Below are positions 23,531 through 34,758 of a stretch of 64,000 nt of DNA, piece by piece (positions within the stretch are counted from its first letter, which is position 1; each line of letters begins with the position of its first letter). The stretch covers positions 192,001-256,000 of the forward strand of contig OZ240245.1 in NCBI GenBank assembly GCA_965198175.1. The letters are read 5' to 3'. The notes beneath the pieces are model-generated. The model had not been told where the DNA came from and searched no databases. It saw only the letters and a program-made list of their open reading frames with translations. This DNA is from Candidatus Poribacteria bacterium. GTDB lineage: Bacteria > Poribacteria > WGA-4E > PCPOR2b. Position numbers and translations under genes: made by a program.

Positions 23531-23663
23531 GTAGGTTGGGTTAAGCGTGTATTTCCAACCCCGTTACTGCACCCGTACCTCGTCCCAATTTCTTTACGAT
23601 GTCCTAAAAAAAATTCGCAGAGCGTAACCCAACGATCAACTGAGCGTATAGCGAAGGCGATAG
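23531..23663 (+). repeat. REP-like element with ~75-nt unique internal spacer, followed by a tandem-GA repeat
   Basis: GTAGGTTGGGTTAAGC...GCGTAACCCAAC, then GATCAACTGAGCGTATAGCGAAGGCGATAG. Confidence 0.8.
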
Positions 23664-24166
23664 TTTTCTCCGAAATTTCCAAATTCGTCCCGCCCGGATT
23701 TTTTGGGAATTTCGATGGGAATTGAACGGTGGACAGTCAGATTGGGATCTGTTAATCTAAATGTATCGCATTCGTTGAGGAGTGTCACGGTCGTCAACCC
23801 CGGCGACCGCCCTCAACCAAATACATGATTAGATAAAATAATTAACTCAATGTTCGTTTTCGGATTTCTGAGGAGTGTTCCCGATGACGCTTAGGAAACC
23901 GAACATAAGGAATAAAAAGTGTTCCAAATCCTTCGACTGCTGAGGTCACTACGGTACGCAAAGAACGCTTGGTGCACTGAGGTTCCGTGCTGCCTCTCGC
24001 TTGCACATAGGGGCGGTACGGCATTAACCATGTTGAATCCTATTACGAGGGGCACTTAAAGAGGAATCTCAATATGTCCGAACACGAGGCAAAACAACTT
24101 GAAAAAAAGAACTGCCCTACCTGTGTGTATGTTTACTGATGGAATCACAATAGAAAAAGGCACAAA

Positions 24167-24583
24167 ATGATGAAGAATGCAAAAGCACTGGCGATGCTCC
24201 CATACGTTTTGATTGCAGGTTGTGCAGCCTCTACGTCGTCACCTACTTTGAATGAGGTGATGGACTCATGGATGGGCCATCATGTTTCAGAAGTTATACG
24301 GGCATGGGGACCGGCTGATCGGCTCGCTGAAGATGGTGCAGGTGGGAAGATTTACATCTGGATAACGCCAGGAATTTCACCTTCACCACCACGACGGGTG
24401 TGGGTTACAGAATGGAACCCTGTGCTAGGGCAGTGGGAAGGGCGATGGAAAGAAGAGTCCACCGGAATATCAGGTGCTATTCGAAAAAGCCTTGAGCGTG
24501 AGCTCGCTCGTTCACGCCGAAAGGAATTTTTTGTGCGTCCAGACGGTATAATTTATTGGTATCGCACTGGATACGAAGAATGA
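24167..24583 (+). CDS. Hypothetical lipoprotein
   Basis: Lipobox IAGC; 'MDSWMGHHVSEVIRAWGP', 'FFVRPDGIIYWYR'. Confidence 0.75.
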   Translation: MMKNAKALAMLPYVLIAGCAASTSSPTLNEVMDSWMGHHVSEVIRAWGPADRLAEDGAGGKIYIWITPGISPSPPRRVWVTEWNPVLGQWEGRWKEESTGISGAIRKSLERELARSRRKEFFVRPDGIIYWYRTGYEE

Positions 24584-24918
24584 CACCTCACCATGCGAGC
24601 ATAGGATATTTGCTGATTCGACAAAACACAAAAATCGCGGTGCGTCGCAATTTGCCGAATATTTAGGCAAGGTGAGGAATTACTCCAGCCACAGCATAAA
24701 ACTACAGGGGACACAGGTTGGAACCAGTTTTGCGGGTCGGTTACGCTCTCTGCCACGACGAAAAGCGGACCGAAGGTTTGTACAGTAATGTAGGTGGATC
24801 TGCACCTCGGTGCCAGTGTCGATTAGCGCCGACCGCATTCAACAGTCGTATCGGCTGAGATGTTCTATTCGAAATAAGGAGGTATACTATGAGCGAAGTT
24901 ATGCAAATTGAAGTTTTT

Positions 24919-25011
24919 GTAGGTTGGGTTGAGCCAACGGCGAAACCCAACGCTTTATGATTCACATGTGGATTGGATGTTGGATTTCACTATCGCACAA
25001 CCCAACCTTAC
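24919..25011. repeat. REPIN-like inverted REP doublet
   Basis: GTAGGTTGGGTTGAGCCAACGGCGAAACCCAAC followed by inverted GTTGGATTTC...CAACCCAACCTTAC. Confidence 0.75.
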
Positions 25012-25180
25012 TACTCCCATGTCTGCTGAATGATGGTTCAATGTCTCATCTGTGCGCACGCTAGCACAATTACCACCGCAGACCGTAAGAAACTATATAC
25101 ATGTTAAGTATGCAGGGATAAACCTACCCTACAGCAACGCTTTCAGATTCCATACCCTCCAATCCATCGGTTCTATCGTT

Positions 25181-26134
25181 TCAGTCTGCGTTTTCCCCTT
25201 CACTGTCCGTCGGCGCAGGCAGGGCGTTCGCTCCATTGCCATCCGTCTTCTGCTCAGGCGCTTTAAGTGCAAGTGCCAACTTCTGCAGAACCCCAACAAG
25301 CTCCGCACTATCACCGCCAATAGCGTTCTGGTCGGGTGCTCTCAGCGCAAGCGTCAGCCGTTCCAATACCGCAACAAGCTGAGGAGGAGACAGGTTCTCA
25401 GCAACCGGTACTTCCACCGCCGATAGCTCTCGCAGGTTCTTAAAAGTTTGCGTCAACGAATTCGTGAGCAGTTGATATCCTTTCACGTCAAGCGATTTCT
25501 TCTCCAATATTCGGTTGGTTCGCTCCGCATGTTTGGCTAAAAGCGCCATCTGCTCCTCTTTAGAGGTTAACGGAATGTCGCTCACTGTCTGCTTATACGC
25601 CTCCCGAGCTTCGCGCCACAGCGCGCCGTACTTCTTTTCAGGCCACCGCGCCGAACCCGGCTTCAGATACGCTACCCGCGGAATCAGAGCATCACGTAGT
25701 CCCTGAGTCCCCATCGCGTCCTTATGCGCCAATCGATTCATAGTCTCGTCTGACCACATCAACTCTGTGACTGCATCAGATGTGGAAATGCCTTGCGCAT
25801 GTGCACGGACAAAATACTCGCGGTGCGTATCTGTAATGAAAGACGAAATGTACCAACCCAACTCTTCCCTTACTATATCTCTTATTTTATCCAGATAATA
25901 CGAATCCAACTCGCTAATATCGCCAAAATCGTCGTCTTCGTCCTCACCATATATATCCACAATTATCTCCAGCGCATAACGCTGAATTCGTTCAACAACT
26001 GCATTAGCAAGCTCATGACCGCTGCCCGTATTAAACAACTCTTTTACATCTGACCTGAGCTCGGAAAGTCCTTTCTTCTCGGCATCCCCAAGAAGTGCCG
26101 CCTTAAGTGTAGTCTTCGGCTTTTCTGTCGCCAT
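25181..26134 (-). CDS. Helical protein with DUF2280-like (phage terminase-small-subunit-like) region
   Basis: 'KKYGALWREAREAYKQTVSDIPLTSKEEQMALL' resembles the DUF2280 pattern as I recall it; RBS GAGGTG. Confidence 0.55.
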   Translation of the reverse strand: MATEKPKTTLKAALLGDAEKKGLSELRSDVKELFNTGSGHELANAVVERIQRYALEIIVDIYGEDEDDDFGDISELDSYYLDKIRDIVREELGWYISSFITDTHREYFVRAHAQGISTSDAVTELMWSDETMNRLAHKDAMGTQGLRDALIPRVAYLKPGSARWPEKKYGALWREAREAYKQTVSDIPLTSKEEQMALLAKHAERTNRILEKKSLDVKGYQLLTNSLTQTFKNLRELSAVEVPVAENLSPPQLVAVLERLTLALRAPDQNAIGGDSAELVGVLQKLALALKAPEQKTDGNGANALPAPTDSEGENAD

Positions 26135-26374
26135 TATTGCACCTCGTCTTTTAGGCAAGTTTGATTTTTTCATAGTAAGATTCCGCGTCCCGTCCGATGA
26201 AAACCACGCTAAGATCCGACCACGACTGGATTGTCGTCTGTTTTCTATTTAAATCACAACTGCGCGCAACTATGAAAACTATGAATATTTTGAACAACTG
26301 TGAAGTTGCAATATCCCTATTGTTAAAATTTGCCATTGCCTGACCTGTTTTGCAACCCTTTTTGCAATTGCTTT

Positions 26375-26474
26375 TAGGTTAGGTTGAGATCAACCGACCG
26401 AATAGTGAGGGATCAACTGAGCGGATAGATCAAGTGACCGAATAGGAAACGCGATAGAGATGTTAGGCGATAGT
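26375..26474 (+). repeat. Tandem-GA repeat cluster after a degenerate REP arm
   Basis: Units start at 26388, 26411 and 26428. Confidence 0.8.
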
Positions 26475-26615
26475 CTTCTGGTGACTGCGGTAGTTTTTTC
26501 CGACAGCACCGCTTCACCTACCGTGAATTTCCCCTTTTTTTATAGACTGTAAAAACTGTAATTTTTTAGTCCCAACTTTGTCATTCACCACATCAAGTTT
26601 GGAGGAAGAAAAACA

Positions 26616-26644
26616 TTGACAATCCAATCGACTCTAGTTAAAGT
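26616..26644 (+). promoter_or_regulatory. sigma70-type promoter of guaA
   Basis: TTGACA-N17-TAAAGT. Confidence 0.65.
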
Positions 26645-26691
26645 ATATCTAGTGTTGTTTCGATAATACCCTTGCCTAAGGATGAGGAGCA

Positions 26692-28230
26692 ATGAACCGC
26701 GACACCATTGTCGTTTTAGATTTTGGCTCACAGTATACGCAGTTAATTGCGAGGCGCATTCGAGAACAGAACGTGTATTGTGAAATTCATCCATACCACA
26801 TTTCCGTTGATCGTTTAGTTTCGATGCGACCTAAGGGAATTGTTTTGTCCGGTGGGCCCTCAAGCGTTTACGCGCCAGATGCTCCTCTTCCCGATACCAG
26901 AATTTTTGCGCTTGGTGTTCCGATTCTAGGCATCTGTTACGGCATGCAGGTCGTCGCACATTTGTTAAATGGAGGCAAGGTACACCCAGCCGTTGAACGT
27001 GAATACGGTTCGGCAGAGCTGACTGTTGATTTGCCGATTCCGCTGTTTGCCAATCTGCGAGGTCAGTTGAAGGTGTGGATGAGCCATGGCGATCGAATCG
27101 AGGTTCCGCCGCAAGGATTCCATCGAATCGCGCACACGAGCAACTCACCAATTGCGGCGATGGGCGATATAGATCGGGATATCTATGGTTTGCAGTTCCA
27201 TCCAGAGGTTGTTCATACTATAGATGACAACCAGATCCTTTCGAACTTTGTCCTTGAGATTTGTGGGTGCAGCAAGGGATGGACGATGAAATCCTTTGTC
27301 GTCGAGGCAACAGAGAAAATCCGAAGGCAGATTGAAGGAAATCGCGTTTTATGCGCTGTGAGCGGCGGTGTTGATTCAACCGTCCTTGCAGTGTTGCTTC
27401 AGCGTGCCATCGGCGAGGCGCTTGTTTGCGTTTTCGTGAACAATGGCTTGTTGCGAAATAATGAAGCGGAAAGCGTGCTTGCAGATTTTCGGAAGCTTGG
27501 AATTGAGGTGCATTATATTGATGCGACAGATCGATTCCTGAGTTGCCTTGCGAACGTTGATAGTCCCGAAGAGAAGCGCAAGCGAATCGGGTATCAGTTT
27601 ATCGAAGTTTTTAGGGACGAGTTGGGAACGCTAGGGCAGATCGACTTCCTTGCGCAGGGCACCCTCTACCCTGATGTCATCGAAAGTGTGTCCGTCAAAG
27701 GACCTTCTGCGACAATCAAGACCCATCATAATGTTGGTGGATTGCCCAAAGATTTACCCTTCAAACTCATCGAACCTTTCCGAGAGTTATTCAAAGACGA
27801 AGTGCGAGCAGTAGGACTTGAGTTAGACATCCCGAAATCAATCCTTGGACGACACCCATTTCCGGGCCCCGGTCTAGCTGTCCGGGTGATTGGCACTGTT
27901 ACTCAGAAGCGGCTAGATATTCTGCGTGAAGCAGATGAAATCTTCATTTCGGAGATTAAGAAAGCTGGGTTGTATGATGAGATTTGGCAAGCGTTGACGG
28001 TGCTTCTGCCAGTCAAGAGCGTCGGTGTGATGGGTGATGAGCGAACCTACGAAAACGTGCTAGCACTCCGCGCTGTTACGAGCACCGATGCCATGACCGC
28101 GGATTGGGCGCGAATTCCTGACGAAGTATTGGCTGTAATCTCCAATCGCATCATCAACGAGGTGCAGGGCATTAACCGCGTTGTTTACGATATTAGCTCA
28201 AAACCACCGAGCACAATTGAGTGGGAGTGA
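26692..28230 (+). CDS. guaA: GMP synthase (glutamine-hydrolysing)
   Basis: '[14 protein letters not shown]', 'GICYGMQ', 'SGGVDS', 'KPPSTIEWE'. Confidence 0.98.
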   Translation: MNRDTIVVLDFGSQYTQLIARRIREQNVYCEIHPYHISVDRLVSMRPKGIVLSGGPSSVYAPDAPLPDTRIFALGVPILGICYGMQVVAHLLNGGKVHPAVEREYGSAELTVDLPIPLFANLRGQLKVWMSHGDRIEVPPQGFHRIAHTSNSPIAAMGDIDRDIYGLQFHPEVVHTIDDNQILSNFVLEICGCSKGWTMKSFVVEATEKIRRQIEGNRVLCAVSGGVDSTVLAVLLQRAIGEALVCVFVNNGLLRNNEAESVLADFRKLGIEVHYIDATDRFLSCLANVDSPEEKRKRIGYQFIEVFRDELGTLGQIDFLAQGTLYPDVIESVSVKGPSATIKTHHNVGGLPKDLPFKLIEPFRELFKDEVRAVGLELDIPKSILGRHPFPGPGLAVRVIGTVTQKRLDILREADEIFISEIKKAGLYDEIWQALTVLLPVKSVGVMGDERTYENVLALRAVTSTDAMTADWARIPDEVLAVISNRIINEVQGINRVVYDISSKPPSTIEWE

Positions 28231-28337
28231 TCAACCGATCAAGCGACTGGATAAAGAGCGATCAACCGAGTGAATAACGAGGGCGATAGTCTTCACCGGC
28301 ATTAAAACTATTGCGTTCCCTATTCGCTCACTTGAAC
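28229..28337. repeat. Tandem-GA repeat cluster with a full reverse-strand copy
   Basis: Forward unit 28260-28289; reverse copy 28308-28337 (GTTCAAGTGAGCGAATAGGGAACGCAATAG). Confidence 0.8.
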
Positions 28338-28398
28338 TGTTTGCCTTGTTTTGCAACCCATTCTTTCTGGAATGCCTGTAACGGCGAATGAAATCTTA

Positions 28399-30555
28399 AT
28401 GACAGATCTTCTTGAGTCTTTGAATCCAGTTCAACGTAAAGCAGTGCAACATACCGAAGGTCCCTTGCTGCTCTTCTCAGGCGCAGGCAGCGGCAAAACC
28501 CGTGTGATTACCCACCGAATAGCCTACCTCATCCGCCAACACAATATTTCGCCGTTTAATATCCTTGCGGTAACCTTCACCAACAAAGCTGCCGCGGAGA
28601 TGAAAGGGCGTCTTGAGAAACTAATTGGTGCGGACAGTCAACTCCTGTGGGCATCGACTTTCCATTCGACCTGTGCACGGATTCTGCGCAAGGACATTGA
28701 GCGGCTCGGCTATTCCCGCTCTTTCACGATTTACGATACCCTAGATCAGCTTACGCTTATTAAGGAAATTCTCAAGCAACTCCAACTGCGGGAGAGCGAT
28801 GTTCATCCAAAGGCTGTCCTCAGTACCATCAGTAAAGCCAAGAACGAACTCGCTACCCCTGAAATGTACGCGAAGACAGTCAGCGATTTCTTTGAGGAGC
28901 GAGTCGAACAGATTTATCGGATGTACCAGGACCGCCTTCGGGAGAATAACGCCGTCGATTTTGACGATCTCATCATGCTGACGGTCGAGTTGTTTGAATC
29001 TCGGTCTGATGTCCTGGGGTTCTATCAGAGCAAATTTCGATATATCCTTATTGATGAGTATCAGGACACAAACCACAGCCAGTATCGACTGATACATGCG
29101 TTGGCGAAAAAGCATCGTAACATCTGCGCCGTAGGCGACGACGATCAGTCAATATACTCGTGGAGAGGCGCCGACATCAACAACATCCTCGATTTTGAGA
29201 GAGACTATCCGAACACGACTGTCCTCCGCTTAGAGCAAAACTATCGCTCCACCCAAAATATCCTCGAAGCAGCTTATGAAGTTGTACGGAACAATCGGAG
29301 GCGAACGGAGAAAAAACTGTGGACTCAGAACAAGATGGGAGAGGGCATCCGCTGCTTTGAAGCTCTGGACGAGACCGAGGAGGCTGACGTAGTTTTGCGC
29401 GAGATTGAGCGTTGGCGAGAGAAAGGGGTGAAATACGGAGAATGTGTAATTTTCTATCGAATCAATGCGCAGTCCCGCACGTTTGAGGACGCTCTCAGAA
29501 AAGCCAATATCCCGTATCAGATTGTGGGAAGCGTCCGATTCTATGAGCGGATGGAAATTAAAAACATAATGGCATACCTGCGAGTTATTGCCAACCCGGC
29601 AGACGCAATCAGTCTTAAGCGCATCATCAATGTCCCGCGCAGGGGGATTGGTGAAACAACGCTACAACGACTGGAGATTTTCGCTCGCGCTGCGGACATC
29701 TCCCTGTTCAAAGCTATCAAGCGAGTCGGCGAAGTCGCCACGCTTCGTGAAGCGGAGCGGGACAAAGTCCGCATCTTCGCTCAACTCATCAACTCTTTTG
29801 ACGTAGACGATGCACCAGCACAGACAGTAGAGCAACTTCTCGATCGATCTGGGTACCTTAAATCTCTGATGCAAGAAGGCACAATTGAGGCGCAAAGTCG
29901 AGTCGAGAACGTCCATGAGTTAATCACTGCCGCCGTTGAATATGAAGAGCGTGAGACCGAACCGACGCTAGCCGGTTTTCTGGAGATGATTACGCTAGTC
30001 GCTGACATCGACACTATGGATGACAAAAGCGACGTAGTCACACTCATGACCCTGCATAGCGCAAAAGGGCTGGAATTTCCCATTGTTTTCATGGTCGGGA
30101 TGGAACAAGGGTTATTGCCCCATAAGCGTTCATTTTCCAGCGAAGCCGAACTGGAGGAGGAACGGCGGCTCTGTTACGTTGGGCTTACACGAGCGAAAGA
30201 GCAGGTTTACCTGATTTACGCTCGCGAGCGGCGGCAGTACGGCTACACTGAACATTCGATACCCTCGTGTTTCATTGAAGAGATTCCCCACGAATTGCTA
30301 AATCGTGAAGAAGTCTATAAACCTTCCCACCGTCCGGTCGTATCATCCTATGACCCGGATCAGCCAAACGATGATGTAGACTATTCATTCGATTACGAAG
30401 TTGGAGAGGTTGTGTACCACGCAAAGTTCGGCAGAGGAAAAATTGCCGCCATGAGTGGATATGGGGCTGATATGCGTGTCACTATACGGTTCGCACGTGG
30501 AATTGAGAAAACCCTGATGGCGGGTTACGCGAGGCTGCAAAGAGCAGAGCCATAA
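28399..30555 (+). CDS. pcrA: ATP-dependent DNA helicase PcrA/UvrD
   Basis: 'GAGSGKT', 'DEYQDTN', 'VGDDDQSIYSWRGA', 'LEQNYRST', 'EERRLCYVGLTRA'. Confidence 0.95.
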   Translation: MTDLLESLNPVQRKAVQHTEGPLLLFSGAGSGKTRVITHRIAYLIRQHNISPFNILAVTFTNKAAAEMKGRLEKLIGADSQLLWASTFHSTCARILRKDIERLGYSRSFTIYDTLDQLTLIKEILKQLQLRESDVHPKAVLSTISKAKNELATPEMYAKTVSDFFEERVEQIYRMYQDRLRENNAVDFDDLIMLTVELFESRSDVLGFYQSKFRYILIDEYQDTNHSQYRLIHALAKKHRNICAVGDDDQSIYSWRGADINNILDFERDYPNTTVLRLEQNYRSTQNILEAAYEVVRNNRRRTEKKLWTQNKMGEGIRCFEALDETEEADVVLREIERWREKGVKYGECVIFYRINAQSRTFEDALRKANIPYQIVGSVRFYERMEIKNIMAYLRVIANPADAISLKRIINVPRRGIGETTLQRLEIFARAADISLFKAIKRVGEVATLREAERDKVRIFAQLINSFDVDDAPAQTVEQLLDRSGYLKSLMQEGTIEAQSRVENVHELITAAVEYEERETEPTLAGFLEMITLVADIDTMDDKSDVVTLMTLHSAKGLEFPIVFMVGMEQGLLPHKRSFSSEAELEEERRLCYVGLTRAKEQVYLIYARERRQYGYTEHSIPSCFIEEIPHELLNREEVYKPSHRPVVSSYDPDQPNDDVDYSFDYEVGEVVYHAKFGRGKIAAMSGYGADMRVTIRFARGIEKTLMAGYARLQRAEP

Positions 30556-30669
30556 TGATAGGAAGTTTATTTAATCCAGAATCGGATAGCGAATCTACGG
30601 CTGAAACTGATGCCCATCGCAATTCTTGGTAGCTTGTAGTTTAGAAAAGCGAGAGGTAGGAGAACCAAG

Positions 30670-30960
30670 ATGGCAACCATCACGACAAACGAAGTGAAAC
30701 ACGTTGCGACCCTTGCACGACTTGAATTTAACGAAGAAGATATACAGCAGTTCGCCCATCAACTCGCCCGGATTCTAGACTATATTGGAAAGTTGAACGA
30801 ATTGGATACGATCGATGTGCCGCCAACTTCGCATGTCCTTCCCATTCGCAACGTCGTCAAAGCAGATGTTGCGAAGTCCTCCTATCCACGAGATGATGTT
30901 TTGGAAGGTGCACCGAGCGCACAGGAGGGATATTTTGAGGTACCGAAGGTGATTGAGTAA
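30670..30960 (+). CDS. gatC: Asp/Glu-tRNA amidotransferase subunit C
   Basis: 'VKHVATLARL..YFEVPKVIE'; upstream of gatA. Confidence 0.95.
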   Translation: MATITTNEVKHVATLARLEFNEEDIQQFAHQLARILDYIGKLNELDTIDVPPTSHVLPIRNVVKADVAKSSYPRDDVLEGAPSAQEGYFEVPKVIE

Positions 30961-31063
30961 ACTGTGGAAAAGCGGAAAAGCAGTAGATAGTGGTGAACCA
31001 AACCCACTCCTACGCTTCACTAGCTACTGACCACTAACCACTGGGTCTTGGAGTACACGTTTC

Positions 31064-32524
31064 ATGTCACTACACGAACTGACTGCCCACGAACTGCACG
31101 AAAAATTGAAAGCACGCGAAATCACTTCTGCTGATCTCACGCAATCAGTGTATGACCGCATTGACGCCGTTGAAGAACAGATACAAGGGTATATTACATT
31201 AACAAAGGAGATAGGTTTCGAGCAAGCCGCTGCTGCTGACGCAGGCTTTGAACGCGGCGATGATATGCAGCCGCTCGCAGGAATTCCTATTGCTATCAAG
31301 GATGTGATCTGTACCAAAGACGTGTTGACAACCTGTGGCTCGAAGATATTGCACAGTTTCGTTTCGCCCTACGACGCCACCGTTATGACCAAAATCCGTC
31401 ATCAGGGGTTTGTGATGATCGGCAAGACAAACATGGACGAATTTGCGATGGGGTCATCAACAGAGAATTCGGCGTATAAGATTACGCGCAATCCCTGGAA
31501 TCTGGAAACCATCCCCGGTGGCTCAAGCGGCGGTTCCGCAGCCGTTGTCGCCGCAGATGCTGCAATCTGCTCTCTCGGTTCGGACACCGGCGGTTCGATT
31601 CGACAACCAGCTGCGCTTTGCGGTGTCGTTGGAATGAAGCCAACTTACGGACGTGTGTCGCGGTATGGGCTAGTTGCCTTTGCATCGTCCTTAGATCAGA
31701 TTGGGCCATTCTCCAAGGATGTGACCGATAACGCTTTGATGCTCAACGCCATCTGTGGACATGATCCGATGGATTCTACCTCCGCGAATCTTCCCGACAC
31801 GGACTTCACCCACAGCTTAATCAACGACATCAAAGGGATCAAGATCGGCATCCCGAAGGAATATTTCTTAGAAGGGATAGATGCTGAAGTCGAAGCGTGC
31901 GTGCGGGACGCGATTGAGGTGCTTCGAGGGTGCGGCGCGATTGTCGAAGAGATTTCCTTACCCCATACCGAATATGCGATTGCAACATATTACATCATCG
32001 CTCCCGCTGAAGCGAGTGCGAATCTAGCGCGGTACGATGGCGTGCGCTACGGCTTCCGTGCCAATAACGCCGAAGACCTCATTGATATGTACAGAAAGAC
32101 ACGGAGCCAAGGTTTCGGCGAGGAAGTCAAGCGCCGGATCATGCTCGGCACTTATGCGCTTAGTTCGGGATACTACGATGCCTACTACCTGAAAGCACAA
32201 AAAGTACGGACACTGATTAAGTCAGACTTTGACAAAGCCTTTGAAAAAGTCGATGTAATCGCGGCGCCAACTTCACCAACGCCGGCATTTAAGATTGGTG
32301 AGCGGACAACCGACCCACTACAGATGTACCTCTCGGACATTCTGACTACGCCAGCGAGTCTCGCGGGTATACCAGCCATCTCCATACCGTGTGGTTTGAC
32401 GCATAGCGGGTTGCCTGTTGGGTTGCAAATCCTCGCCCCACCGTTTGAGGAGAAAACAATCCTGCGAGTGGCGTACACCTTTGAGCAACACACCGACCAC
32501 CATCAGAAGAAGCCGAACCTGTGA
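31064..32524 (+). CDS. gatA: Asp/Glu-tRNA amidotransferase subunit A
   Basis: '[13 protein letters not shown]', 'GGSSGGS', '[10 protein letters not shown]', '[10 protein letters not shown]'. Confidence 0.97.
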   Translation: MSLHELTAHELHEKLKAREITSADLTQSVYDRIDAVEEQIQGYITLTKEIGFEQAAAADAGFERGDDMQPLAGIPIAIKDVICTKDVLTTCGSKILHSFVSPYDATVMTKIRHQGFVMIGKTNMDEFAMGSSTENSAYKITRNPWNLETIPGGSSGGSAAVVAADAAICSLGSDTGGSIRQPAALCGVVGMKPTYGRVSRYGLVAFASSLDQIGPFSKDVTDNALMLNAICGHDPMDSTSANLPDTDFTHSLINDIKGIKIGIPKEYFLEGIDAEVEACVRDAIEVLRGCGAIVEEISLPHTEYAIATYYIIAPAEASANLARYDGVRYGFRANNAEDLIDMYRKTRSQGFGEEVKRRIMLGTYALSSGYYDAYYLKAQKVRTLIKSDFDKAFEKVDVIAAPTSPTPAFKIGERTTDPLQMYLSDILTTPASLAGIPAISIPCGLTHSGLPVGLQILAPPFEEKTILRVAYTFEQHTDHHQKKPNL

Positions 32525-32651
32525 AATGTGAAGGACATTATGGCTACTTTACACAAAGTTGACTCAAACGAAGAAAATACATGAGAGCAAGCGGCAAATC
32601 CACAATCTTATGAGGTATCCGAATGCACTTCGGCTAGGAGGGTAAAACCTA

Positions 32652-33161
32652 ATGATCAATACGAAACCGAGCAACCTTGTTTTTGCGCCCACGGGCGGGT
32701 TAATCGGCGCAGTTGTCGGTGGCATTCTATGGGCAAAATATATGCAGTGGACCGGCTATACAGCAGGCTGGGTCGCGTTCGCCATCGGTCTCTTCACTGG
32801 ACTCGGTGTACTGTTGATGGGCAGATCCCGGGCGATTAGTGTTTGCTTAATCTCCTCACTGTTTGCCATCTTTGGCATCCTTTTCGGCAAATACCTTGAT
32901 GTCCGGTGGAACGCCATCGAACGAATCAAAACTCAACTAATCAACACGTATGGAATTTCTTCGAATCAAGCCGAACCAATAGCTCAGACCAATATCGCAG
33001 GTCTATCTACGTGGGAACTTATGAGGAGTCAGATGGAGTGGGGAGATTTAATTTTCTACGTGACTGCTGCCTTCATCGCTTTTTATGTGGTTCACAGTCG
33101 AGTCCTTCATCGGTATTTTTTCAAATCTAAGCAATCAAAGATAGCGCCTCAAGACCCATGA
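32652..33161 (+). CDS. Hypothetical membrane protein
   Basis: About four hydrophobic segments; RBS GGAGG. Confidence 0.75.
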   Translation: MINTKPSNLVFAPTGGLIGAVVGGILWAKYMQWTGYTAGWVAFAIGLFTGLGVLLMGRSRAISVCLISSLFAIFGILFGKYLDVRWNAIERIKTQLINTYGISSNQAEPIAQTNIAGLSTWELMRSQMEWGDLIFYVTAAFIAFYVVHSRVLHRYFFKSKQSKIAPQDP

Positions 33162-33211
33162 GGCGAAACCAACTAATTGAATTCGATCAAAACCGAAATA
33201 GGTGAGAATTT

Positions 33212-34660
33212 ATGAAATCAATGCGACTCTTTCCATTAAGTTGGCTCGGTGGTGCTATAGTATTCGGGTTCATGTTGTCCTTCAATCCGATAATAGCTAT
33301 CGCACAGGTTGAAGAGCCGACCTCCAGAAATCCGTTAGATGATGAACTTTTGGAACAGATTCAATTGCTTTCAGAAGTTCTAGCACGTATACAGCAGGAA
33401 CACCGTGACAATCCTGAACCGAAGCAACTCATGTACGGCGCAATCCGTGGTATGCTGCGAACCCTAGATCCTTACAGCCAATTCCTTGAGCCAGAAAATT
33501 ACGCTGAATTCCGCACAGAAAACCGAGGAACCTATGGTGGGCTTGGCATGGCAATCGGCATCCGAAATAATCAGTTGACGGTCATCGCCCCTTTCAAGGG
33601 CAGGCCCGCCGATCAGGCAGGTATTCAAAGCGGAGATGTCATCAACGAGATCGAAGGAGAACGGACATCGAAAATGACAATCGAGGATGCTGTCAAACTC
33701 CTTCGGGGCGAGCCGGGGACGGAAGTGAAGGTCACAATCATCCGTGAAGGAGAACTTGAACCGCTAGAGGTGACCATGACACGAGATGTCATCCGATTTC
33801 CCAGCGTCGAATCCAAAAACCTCAAGGGAAATATCGGATATATCCGGATTAACCAATTCCGTCAAACAACAGCAGCAGACGTCGATGAAGCCCTTGAGAC
33901 TTTCAACCAGCAAGACATACGCGGGATTGTTTTAGATTTAAGATGGAATCCCGGCGGCTTACTTCAGTCTGCTGTTGAGATTACCAGTGATTTCTTAGAT
34001 TCCGGACAATTGATTGTCTACACACAAGGAAGAAAACCGAGGCAAAATTTTGTAGCGGTCGAATCGAAGCAGCGGAAAAATTATCCTCTAGTGGTGCTTG
34101 TGAACTCGGGAAGTGCGAGCGGATCAGAAATTGTTGCGGCAGCGATAAAGGATCACGGACGTGGCTTAGTCATGGGAGAAAAAACCTTCGGTAAAGCCTC
34201 GGTACAACAGATCTTTCCGCTCAGCGGAGATGCCGCAATTAAGCTGACAACAGCCCACTACTACAGCCCCAGTGGTGTTGACATCCATGATGTCGGTATC
34301 TCTCCTGATATTGAGGTGCCGTGGTTCAACCGGTCAGAAGGTAAGATGTTAGACAAACTCCGCTCTCATGAGAAAATCAAGATATTCATCGAGGACAATG
34401 GTGATGACATCCTTAATCAGCTAGAAAACGCGCGGTCAGCGCCTAGAGAGGATCGCGAGGCATCGGCAATTCTAAGAAAATACCGACAACTTGTAGATTC
34501 ACTTGCAAACGAACAAATTATCTTGAGCGATGCAGGTATAAAGCTAGCGATTGCTCGTCAGACAGAGAATGAACTCGATGAGTTTGAATATGATCCTCAG
34601 ATTTTCTCAGCTATTCAACAGTTGAAAGCCATTGAAATTCTTCGAATAAAGTTAGAGTAG
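33212..34660 (+). CDS. S41 carboxyl-terminal processing protease
   Basis: PDZ 'GGLGMAIG'; 'LDLRWNPGGLL', 'SASGSEI', 'TFGKASVQ'. Confidence 0.95.
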   Translation: MKSMRLFPLSWLGGAIVFGFMLSFNPIIAIAQVEEPTSRNPLDDELLEQIQLLSEVLARIQQEHRDNPEPKQLMYGAIRGMLRTLDPYSQFLEPENYAEFRTENRGTYGGLGMAIGIRNNQLTVIAPFKGRPADQAGIQSGDVINEIEGERTSKMTIEDAVKLLRGEPGTEVKVTIIREGELEPLEVTMTRDVIRFPSVESKNLKGNIGYIRINQFRQTTAADVDEALETFNQQDIRGIVLDLRWNPGGLLQSAVEITSDFLDSGQLIVYTQGRKPRQNFVAVESKQRKNYPLVVLVNSGSASGSEIVAAAIKDHGRGLVMGEKTFGKASVQQIFPLSGDAAIKLTTAHYYSPSGVDIHDVGISPDIEVPWFNRSEGKMLDKLRSHEKIKIFIEDNGDDILNQLENARSAPREDREASAILRKYRQLVDSLANEQIILSDAGIKLAIARQTENELDEFEYDPQIFSAIQQLKAIEILRIKLE

Positions 34661-34720
34661 GTTCAACCGAACGAATAGTGAGTACGATAGTTCTTCATTG
34701 AGATGTTAGGCGATAGTTTT
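34661..34720 (+). repeat. Tandem-GA repeat plus GAGATGTTAGGCGATAG tail
   Basis: GTTCAACCGAACGAATAGTGAGTACGATAG directly after GTAG (the stop codon); tail shared with 26457-26473. Confidence 0.75.
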
Positions 34721-34758
34721 CAAGTCTTCACTAGTTTTCCGGTTCACGAGGATAAACC

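Noticed and set aside
24074..24583. TGA read-through fusing the 21-aa ORF to the lipoprotein
   Set aside because: It is in frame, but there is no SECIS-like hairpin, the lipoprotein has its own signal peptide, and a frame match occurs by chance one time in three.
22344..26474. GA-repeat clusters as a CRISPR array
   Set aside because: There are no regular unique spacers, units vary and are dispersed, and no cas genes are present.
26346..28359. TGTTTTGCAACCC repeated on both sides of guaA as att sites
   Set aside because: The 13-bp match encloses a core gene and there is no integrase.
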